From Azolla caroliniana (taxonomy: Eukaryota > Plantae > Polypodiophyta): 12,469 nt of DNA. The stretch lies in the NCBI GenBank assembly GCA_043228905.1, contig JBHGNT010001061.1, positions 1-12,469 of the forward strand, read 5' to 3'. Within the stretch, counting starts at the first letter, position 1. Each line of letters opens with the position of its first letter. Both the position numbers and the translations under genes were made by a program. The notes under the pieces are model-generated. The model saw only the letters and a list, made by a program, of their open reading frames with translations, did not search any database and was not told where the DNA came from. Shown here one piece after another: positions 1-7,504 of the stretch.

Positions 1-573
1 AAGAATGTTCTGATATTCCAACATCAAGAGAATACAAAGGAGACAAACTCCACATTGAACTAAAACCAAAGACCTTCCTCTTCTAAGACACTTCCTCTTC
101 CACAAAGACACTTCTTCCTAACACTCCTCATCCACTCTTTTGCCTTACTCTTCGCCCCTCCTCACTAATCTCACTTCTTCTTTTATAACCTTCCTCTTCT
201 TATCCACGTTCATGCTATTTTTTAAAAGCTTTTTATCTCCCTATTTTTAGCTATGACACATCAACCTTCTAATCGTCATATCTCCCTCATCCGAAATCCA
301 AATTAAGCGATTTAAAAAGCTATAGAAAGCTCTTTTTACAAGCTTTCTAATCCATATTTAAACGTGATATTTGGATAAACAACGAGGGAGTTATGACCAT
401 TCTATTTTTACTGTTTTTTATAGTCTGCATTTTCTCTTTTTACTTTTCTCTTGGTCTTGTACTTTTACTTTTGACTTCTTCCCTAAGCTCTTAGTTCGTG
501 TTCTTATCCTCAAAAGGTGAATTATCTATACTTTATATTCTCCTAATGTTCAATGGCTTAGATTCTAAAAACA
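1..573 (-). mobile_element. Partial LTR (other end outside the window) inserted into the copia protease region
   Basis: The minus strand begins TGTTTTTAGAATC at 573, about where the copia ORF loses protease-region character (GTCRIVGV|KVFLESK...stop). The region is AT-rich, with a minus-strand TATAAAA at 181-187 followed by a purine-rich tract. The second terminus and TSD are not visible. Confidence 0.6.
275..397. repeat. Long imperfect inverted repeat inside the LTR
   Basis: GTCATATCTCCCTC (275-288) pairs with GAGGGAGTTATGAC (384-397) at 13/14 positions. An inner ATCCAAAT/ATTTGGAT pair lies in the same register. Confidence 0.75.
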
Positions 574-1630
574 CTTTCACACCGACAATTCGGCATGTAC
601 CTTCATTCACCATCCAAACATAGTCGTGATCACCGGCTGAGTAGGATGAGAAGCATTTCCGGTCCGGGGTAAGGTGGAACGACGCTCCGGAGTCTACCAC
701 CCAGGTCATCTCGTCGCCGGCAAGGTTTATCTCACTCTCCTCGGTGATGAGCATCAACTCTTCTTCACTTGCCGCGATTGTCGTCGTCCCCTTCCGGTTC
801 AGCCCCCTCCGGTCTTTACCGTTCCGGTCCGGTGTCCGCTTCGAATCAGTACCGTCGGTTTCCTTGTCTTTCCGGAAATGTCGACAGTTCTTCTGGAAGT
901 GTCCCGGCTTGCCGCAATAGAAGCAAGTAGGCCTCCCCCTTGACTTTGACCGTATCCCCGACTTTTCCCGGTTCTGGGGACTACGGTTTCTTTGTCTTCC
1001 GCGTTCCGATTCGGTAAGTAGTGCTTTGGAGTCGGAGCTCATATCTTTATCTTTCCGACGCGCCTCCTCATCTAGCAAGCTCGACTTTACTCTTGCTAGG
1101 GATAACCGCTTTCCTTCCGGCCCGGCGTTGCCCAAAGTGACAACCAACGTCTCCCAGCTATCCAGGAGGGAACCGAGCAGGAGTAGCGCAAGTACCTCAT
1201 CGGCGAGAGGTACTTCCAATGAAGTTGCCTGGCGGATCAGCCCCTGGAAGGCATTCATGTGCTCTGCCATGCTGGAGCCATCTTGGTACCGGAGTCTTAC
1301 TAGCTTCTGGAACACCGAAACCTGATTAACAACATTTTTGTTTTGAAACATAATGTCGATCTTCTCATAGAGCTCATGAGCCTTGCTCTCTTCATTGAAG
1401 TTGTTGTACAGGCTCATGTCGATGAAGCACTGTATGTATGCCGTTGTCTTCATGTGCATCACCTCCCATATCGCGGCGTCGATTTTGTCCGGTCTCTTGT
1501 CCCCGAACTGAACCGGCAGCCAGAGGTCTTTAACCACGAGCATGTCCCTCATCTTCGACTTCCACATTGAGTAGTTGGAGCCGGTGAGCTTGAACATGCC
1601 GCCAAACGATTCATCCATTTTCTGTGTCAT
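533..1630 (-). CDS. gag-pol: Ty1/copia (Tnt1/Tork-like) Gag plus aspartic protease, 3'-truncated by LTR insertion
   Basis: Copia gag N-terminus KLTGSNYSMWKSKMRDML; UBN2-like LLLLGSLLDSWETLVVTL; CCHC zinc knuckle CFYCGKPGHFQKNC (884-925); protease WVVDSGASFHL. The plausible ATG is at 1630 or 1618, just after the PBS. The last ~13 codons probably come from the inserted LTR. Confidence 0.9.
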   Translation of the reverse strand: MTQKMDESFGGMFKLTGSNYSMWKSKMRDMLVVKDLWLPVQFGDKRPDKIDAAIWEVMHMKTTAYIQCFIDMSLYNNFNEESKAHELYEKIDIMFQNKNVVNQVSVFQKLVRLRYQDGSSMAEHMNAFQGLIRQATSLEVPLADEVLALLLLGSLLDSWETLVVTLGNAGPEGKRLSLARVKSSLLDEEARRKDKDMSSDSKALLTESERGRQRNRSPQNREKSGIRSKSRGRPTCFYCGKPGHFQKNCRHFRKDKETDGTDSKRTPDRNGKDRRGLNRKGTTTIAASEEELMLITEESEINLAGDEMTWVVDSGASFHLTPDRKCFSSYSAGDHDYVWMVNEGTCRIVGVKVFLESKPLNIRRI

Positions 1631-1633
1631 TTC

Positions 1634-1645
1634 GCTTTGATACCA
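1634..1645 (-). promoter_or_regulatory. Primer-binding site, initiator tRNA-Met type
   Basis: Minus strand TGGTATCAAAGC (canonical TGGTATCAGAGC, 1 mismatch), 2 nt after the LTR end ...CCCGTCA. Confidence 0.88.
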
Positions 1646-1647
1646 CT

Positions 1648-2330
1648 TGACGGGAACTAAACGCTCCTCATGCACAGCGCTCGGCCACAACCGAGCTTAG
1701 AATCATACACAGAAAACGGGAAATGAAACGCAACACAAAGAAGAGAAGGGTACACAGGATGTTTACGTGGAAAACCCAAACTAAGGGAAAAAACCACGGT
1801 AGCCCACAGGCTGCAAACTATCACTATGTTAGTTTGTACAACAGTGAGTTCACGGAGGCAACGACCTCGTGCTAACGATCCTCGCCACAGGCGGCGGTTA
1901 CAATCAGAGGCAAGGACCTCTTCCTCTCTCTCTTACTCTCTGTACACTGTTACGCACTCTGATCTCGCGTAGACAAGAATAACAACAACAGACTACTAAA
2001 AGTTTGCCCTAAGTCATATTTATACTAATATGACTTTTCGGCTATTTACAAATATGGCCTCGATGGACTCTCAGAAACATATTTACGAATATGTCTCTTC
2101 ATCCGGTGAGCATTCCTCACCGGGTCTACACCATCCGACTCTCAGTAGCCGGGTACTCCTCATCCGATTCTCACCGGGTCTGCACCATCCGGCTCTCCGT
2201 AGCCGGGTACTCCTCATCCGGTTCTCACCAGGTCTGCGCCACCCGGCTCTCCGTAACGGGGTACTCCTCATCCGGTTCTCTCCGGCATTGTTCTTCTCCC
2301 TTCCCATCCGGAGGGACCTATCTCCCAACA
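1648..2330 (-). repeat. 5' LTR of the copia element (683 bp)
   Basis: Minus-strand termini TGTTGGGA...TCCCGTCA form an imperfect terminal inverted repeat. TATAAATA at 2017-2024 (minus). Pol-like coding resumes immediately at 2331. Confidence 0.8.
2114..2285. repeat. 54-bp tandem repeat, about 3.2 copies, in the copia LTR U3 region
   Basis: Units start at 2114, 2168, 2222 and 2276 (TTCTCACCGGGTCTGCACCATCCGGCTCTCCGTAGCCGGGTACTCCTCATCCGG). Confidence 0.95.
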
Positions 2331-3910
2331 CAAAAGAGGAAAGAAGTCTCGGGGGATCCGACACTTCGGAAGTCCATGGATATCAGACATGCCTTCACGA
2401 ATGAGACCCGGAAGAAACTTCGGATCGGTGGAGGTGGGTTCCTATTAAAGAATGAAGAAGAACGATTCCGTGGGATGTTGGAAGAACATGGGAAAGCATT
2501 TGCATTCACATCGAAGGAGATAGGGTGCGTTGATCCGAAGATAGTGGAGCCGATGGTGATCTTCACGATTGACCATGTGCCGTGGAACTTGAAGCCGATT
2601 CCGGTGCCACGGGTGCATATTCCGAAAATCAACGACTTACTCAAGGAGAAGGTGGCGATGGGGATTCTAGAGCCATCAAAGGTTGCGTACTGAAATCCAT
2701 AGTTTACGGTTCCGAAGAAGAATGGGTCACTCCGATTTATCCAAGACTTGCAACCGATGAACAAGGTCACGATCCGGAACTCCGGAGTCAGTTCGATAGT
2801 GGACGAATTCGCGGAAGCATTTTCCGGTCGTGCGATATACTCCATCGGAGACCTATACTCGGGGTATGACCAATTCCAACTAGCCATGGAGAGCCGAGAC
2901 ATCACTACCATGCGGACACCGATAGGATTAGTCCGGATGTGTACGCTACCACAAGGCGCGACGAACTCGATTGCACATATGATGAATGCAATGAACAAGG
3001 TGCTTCGAGACTGCATTCCGGAGATAACGATGCCGTTCCTAGATGACATTCCAATGAAAGGATGCGCGGTAGAAGAAAAAGATGAAACTATGGATGATCG
3101 GGGATGCCGAAAGTTCGTAGTCGACCATATTCGTGATTGCCAGAAAGTGCTTTGAAAATTAGAAGATGTGTACCTAACACTTTCCGGTGAGAAATCGGCA
3201 TTCGAGGAAGAAGAAATATTGGTAGTCGGACATCTATGTGGGCCCTACGGCCTAAGACCGTCACCGACCAAGATTGATGTAGTTCAAGCTATGAAAGAAA
3301 TATGCAAGTCACAATCCGAAATCCGAAGTTTTCTCGGAGCATGTGCATTCTACCACATATGGATTCCACACTATGCACATATTGCGAACCCACTCTATCA
3401 CTTGTTGCGGAAGGGTAAGAAGTTCGAATGGAAACCGGAGCATACCAAAGCCGTGAAGAAGCTCAAGAAATCACTACGGAGGGCAAAAGCACTAAAGAAG
3501 CCGAACTATGACCAACCGATCATAGTAACGGTTGACACAAGTCCAACCAGAATCGGATGGGTCATCAATCAAGCCGATCCGGATGGTTCGCGATATCCAA
3601 TCCGATTCGGAGCAAAGGTTCTCAACGAAAGGCAACGCGGATAGTCAAAAGAGAATTATGGGGAGTCGTGTTGGCAATCAAATCGTATTGAGATTATTTG
3701 ATCAGAGCCGAAGTAGTGATCGAAACGGATTATCTTCCGATACTCGGGATGATGCGGTGTTGCACGATACCGGATGTGGCTATGCTAAGATGGATTGCAT
3801 ATGTTAAGTCGTTTAATCAGGAGGTACGACACATCTCCGGAAAAGACAACACGGTAGCGGATATGCTATCAAGGGCGCGGTTCGGAGATGACATAACCGA
3901 ATCCGAAGAA
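2331..3910 (+). pseudogene. pol: Decayed Ty3/gypsy pol fragment: reverse transcriptase and RNase H
   Basis: Motifs FTVPKKNGSLRFIQDLQPMNKVT, DLYSGYDQF, LPQGATNS, FLDD (3036-3047), IRSFLG, VTVDTSP, KRELWG, VIETD and HISGKDNTVADMLSR. In-frame stops at 2691, 2700 and 3153, and a frameshift near 3642. Truncated at both ends, with no integrase. Confidence 0.93.
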
Positions 3911-4593
3911 CTATTTCAATGGCCTCTTCGAAGGATTTTGGATCCTTATCATGCACTATCCAGTGATAGTCCGAATTGGGGATGCCATTGACAAAACAAG
4001 CTATTAACCAGTTGTCCCTTCTAGAGCCGATTTTTGGATTTGGGTTCTAGCATGGTGAACATAGTCTTCTAGCGAGGAAAGCTTCATGCTAGAGAGATTC
4101 ATTAAAGCTTGCGCTACCTAGGTTGGAGAAATTGGCCCTTAAAAATTGTGACAAAATCTCTCCAAGTATCGGGCAATTTCCCCAAAATTCGAAGCCCATG
4201 CCACCAAGCGGCGACCTTACCCCCTAGTTCTCGGCCGGCATATGCAATATTTGTACTACCTAGCGTGGGATAGAGCTCAAAATGAGACTCTCATTGGCCC
4301 AACCACGTGCAGATTGCTTCTTTGGTTCTTTCCTTTTTTTCTCCCGTCAATGGCTTAACGACAAACGATGGTTCACCCTGTTGCTCATCAGGTCTATTAG
4401 TCTCACGTTGTAAACTAATGCCACGTGCCTCGAGAGCACTTTGAGATTGCCAAAGTCCAATCATCTGTTGAGCGGTGAAACTAAGGTATTGGCTTATTTG
4501 TGAGAAATACATCTCAATGGACATTTGTCCAGGAGGATTTCCTTGAGTTCCTTCAGCTTGAGCGGATGACATCGGGTCGTTATTTTGAGCCAT
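3911..4593 (-). pseudogene. gag: Decayed Ty3/gypsy gag (retrotransposon capsid)
   Basis: From the ATG at 4593 (MAQNNDP...), reading through the TGA at 4291-4293 gives ...TWLGQ*ESHFELY...AGRELGGKVAAWW...PDTWRDFVTIFKGQF. After frameshifts it reads LEDYV...LIACFVNGI...DPKSFEEAIEI, which are typical gypsy capsid motifs. Confidence 0.75.
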
Positions 4594-5504
4594 TGAATGA
4601 TTATTTCCGGCAAAGAAATAGGATAAGGTCAGACAAATAGTCATAACATCATGTCGTGATGTAAACATATCATGGGCAAACATTAATCGATATCATGATC
4701 TCACGTCAATACCCCTCTAGACGTATGAGATGATGTTGAAGATCAGGTTACTATGGTAACACAAAGGCGTTTTAAAAACCATGGGGGTGACAAATTAATG
4801 TCTTTCCCTAATCTCTATATCGATTTTTCATGGCGGCTCCCCGAGGCTCAACCATGTATGTTCGCGTCATGAATAGTTTATACACAAAAAAAATGTTCAC
4901 AATAAACTATGTTTCAGTGCCCACATATGTGGTTTCGGCTCTTTAAGTCCTATTACGAGGACCCCGAAGTGCACTTAGACCTCAAGTCTAAACATGTGTT
5001 ATAGTCATATGTATCAACAATGTTGTATGGTCTTGGTCATATTTGAACTCGAGACCTCGAAAACAAATGCATTAAACACTTGAGCCAACCAAGTAGGTTG
5101 CTCTTCTTGAATGTTTAATATTTAATGCGTATAAGAGATATGCGAGGCATTTGCCCATATATGTTTTTTTAAAAGAAACATATATGTCAAGAGTCCTTAT
5201 TTCCCCCTCATTTACCACAAACTTTGTTGGTACATTACGTAACCTCAAGTCTCGTAATTACGATGGCATACACCAAAGTGCAACCTAATGGTCAAGCCAA
5301 ATGAGCCCTCTTTTCGTAGTAGGCCCACGTGGCCCATCACATGGTTACTTCATTACGAATGCCTTTCATAAGAATGACCTCATGGTGGCATCATATCCAT
5401 GTAATGAGGGAGGGATGTTGGATATGTGTGTCATAAGAGCGACCTCACATCAAGTGGGTCAAGCCCTATGTTCTCAACATCATTGTGGCTAAGATTGTTT
5501 CATT

Positions 5505-5508
5505 ACGT
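5505..5508. repeat. Left target-site duplication, ACGT
   Basis: ACGT immediately precedes the LTR TG at 5509 and matches 10719-10722. Confidence 0.88.
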
Positions 5509-5695
5509 TGTCGTGAAGAATTTCGGCCAGGGGCGGAAACCGGGAAACATTGGCTACATCGGCGGACGCACCCATGTACATTTAGTGTGAATAACGAGTG
5601 CGCCTTTATGGCGCCGAAGAGTAGTCAAGTCGGGACAGACGATCCCATGTAAGTCAAGATCTATCCCACATTGTAACGCATCCCTCTCCTTGTTC

Positions 5696-5702
5696 TATAA
5701 AA
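5696..5702 (+). promoter_or_regulatory. Putative LTR TATA box
   Basis: CTATAAAAGG, conserved in the 3' LTR (TATAAAA at 10381-10387). Confidence 0.65.
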
Positions 5703-5945
5703 GGAAGGGAACGCCCTTTGTGAAAGGGTTGCCCATTTTGCATTAGAGGGTATACCATTAGGTTTAGAGTTAGGTTCTTCTTCTTCTCCTTCTACGTGTT
5801 TTGCTTAGGGTTTGCTTTGGTTCGGCCTCCTGTGCAAGACCCCGCTCGGCACGACGAGCTGAGAGCTCCCCGACGGCGGCTTGACAGCAGACGACTATTG
5901 TAACCTACCTCAGTCCGGCTCGACGCCGGGAATGTATTCTTCCCT

Positions 5946-6122
5946 TTATATATATATATATACATACGTTTGTCTGTGTATATTCGCGTCGTTGTTGGCG
6001 TCGGGTGCTTACCCTCTCCTGCGTTTTCTGTACATAAGGCGTGAGTCGGGTTGGGTTGTGTGTGTGTGCGTGTGTGTGTGTGTGTGCGTGAGTCGGTGTT
6101 AAGCACGTTCTCTCTCTCTCTC
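5946..6122. repeat. (TA)n, (TG)n and (TC)n microsatellite cluster in the 5' LTR
   Basis: TA run at about 5947-5962, interrupted TG run at about 6057-6090, TC run at about 6109-6122. Confidence 0.9.
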
Positions 6123-6259
6123 CCTTCAGTTGCTTCCGGTGTGTTTCTGGGATGCCCCAGAAAGAGTGAAGCACGACTTCCTACGCTCCATCACTCTCTA
6201 GTCCAAGACCCCCGTGGTCCCGCCTTTCTCCACGCACGCACGTAACAACGCGACATATT

Positions 6260-6277
6260 TGGTGAACCCGACGTGAA
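6260..6277 (+). promoter_or_regulatory. Primer-binding site complementary to tRNA-Trp
   Basis: TGGTGAACCCGACGTGAA, 4 nt after the LTR. It is the reverse complement of TTCACGTCGGGTTCACCA, the 3' end of plant cytosolic tRNA-Trp as I recall it. Confidence 0.85.
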
Positions 6278-6292
6278 AGGCAGCAAGGGAGG

Positions 6293-7504
6293 ATGGAGTC
6301 GGAAGACGACGACCTTGTGGAGATGGTAGCCAAAGTGGTGTTGGAGTCGGCACGAGTGGTGATGAGGCGAGAAGCAGCGCAACAAGCAGTTGAGCGAGTG
6401 GTCGAAAGAGTCGGCCGTTTCAATGGGGACAAAGTCCCATCTTACTTGGAAGCCTACAACACGGAAATGGAGGAGCGTGGCGTAGACGAGGCATTGAGGC
6501 TGGAGTTCTTCTGTCGGGTCGTGGCTGTCCGGATGCATGCGGAAATAAAGGAGCTCCGTGAGGCTCATAGTTCGTGGGAGGCCTTCGAAGAGGCGCTCCT
6601 AAGGGCATACGGAGGACGGCGGAAGAGCCGGGGAGGACACGACTTTGACCAGTGGGTAGCATCGGCAAAGACCCACCGGGGCACTGCCAAGGCGTTTCGA
6701 GAGTTCGAGCGGCGGCTTGCTCGACTCCCGGAGCAGGAACAAGGTTTCGTGGGGGCGAACAAGGTCCTATTGTTCGTCAGGTCGATCGACCGAGCGGAAC
6801 GGGAAGCCATCAGGATTGAGCTCGAAGACGATGATGGAGCGAATGGGCTTACGGAGGACTGGTCGAAGGTCGAAAGGGTGTGCCAACGGCTAGATGATGA
6901 GCGAGCCGAGAAGGCTAAGAGGAAGGTACGCGACGACGTGCCATCACAGCGGGAAGAGGCCGAACGGCAAAGAGAGCCGGCAAGGATCGGCGTTGGGGCC
7001 AGGATTGCGGAGGCGTACACAGCTCTCGAGGTGATGCTCGAGGAACAGGAAAGACGGAGGCCACAAGCCGAGACTGAGGAGACGGACTTGCCCCACGCGA
7101 CGGCGGAAGATCGGTACCACGGTACCACGGGAGAGGGTGCGGAACGAAACACCCTCTCAACTTGCGGAGATAGAACGGCCAAGGACGAGGCCGAGATACA
7201 GATTGCGAAACCGGAACGTTGGGACCAGCGGTTTCAGGCCTGTCAGCCCGAGATCCCGGTCATTGGAGAAGCAAGCCCAGACGGGGCTTGCGCGATCGGT
7301 AAGAAGACGACCGCCGACCACGAAGAGTCGGTGGCTACGGACAAGGGCGTAAAACGGACGGGCGATTCTTTGTATCTTCCCACAGTTGCTCCCGAGACGA
7401 TGGCAGTCGGGCCTGAGTGCCCACCTAAGTCCCAAGCGGAGGAAGGCGGTGGCGAAAGACCAAGAATCACCGGCGAGACGATACGGGTAAGGAGCGGACG
7501 ATAG
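6293..7504 (+). CDS. gag: Gag-like protein (403 aa): capsid-like N-terminal half plus acidic low-complexity tail, no zinc knuckle
   Basis: The ATG is 15 nt after the PBS. Capsid-like motifs GRFNGDKVPSYLEAYNTEM, SWEAFEEALLRAY, FREFERRL, KVLLFVRS and DWSKVERV. The C-terminal half is rich in E, A, R, G and T. Confidence 0.8.
   Translation: MESEDDDLVEMVAKVVLESARVVMRREAAQQAVERVVERVGRFNGDKVPSYLEAYNTEMEERGVDEALRLEFFCRVVAVRMHAEIKELREAHSSWEAFEEALLRAYGGRRKSRGGHDFDQWVASAKTHRGTAKAFREFERRLARLPEQEQGFVGANKVLLFVRSIDRAEREAIRIELEDDDGANGLTEDWSKVERVCQRLDDERAEKAKRKVRDDVPSQREEAERQREPARIGVGARIAEAYTALEVMLEEQERRRPQAETEETDLPHATAEDRYHGTTGEGAERNTLSTCGDRTAKDEAEIQIAKPERWDQRFQACQPEIPVIGEASPDGACAIGKKTTADHEESVATDKGVKRTGDSLYLPTVAPETMAVGPECPPKSQAEEGGGERPRITGETIRVRSGR

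Larger units (their letters stand above)
574..2330 (-). mobile_element. 5' portion of a Ty1/copia LTR retrotransposon (5' LTR, PBS, gag-PR)
   Basis: LTR, PBS, gag and protease are in the expected order on the minus strand. The outer LTR end abuts an interrupted gypsy pol at 2331. Confidence 0.88.
5509..6255 (+). repeat. 5' LTR (747 bp)
   Basis: Direct repeat of 10180-10718. By manual alignment there are 12 substitutions in 525 shared bp plus two indels (14 and 222 bp). Confidence 0.96.

Noticed and set aside
1631-1690. N-terminal extension of the 385-aa ORF from 1690
   Set aside because: It starts at a non-ATG codon and runs through the LTR end and PBS. The plausible starts are 1630 or 1618.
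2030-2404. Repeat-containing ORFs (2030-2404, 2083-2364, N-terminus of 2091-2693)
   Set aside because: These are translations of the 54-bp LTR tandem array, whose period is a multiple of 3.
2318-3049. 243-aa minus-strand ORF
   Set aside because: Antisense shadow of the RT coding frame.
5322-5336. G-box flanked by two GGCCCA site-II-like motifs as a host promoter
   Set aside because: Short motifs inside a TE leader with no adjacent host gene; not distinguishable from chance.
6260-6277. tRNA-Trp gene
   Set aside because: Only an 18-nt complement including the CCA end, with no cloverleaf. Its position next to the LTR identifies it as a PBS.
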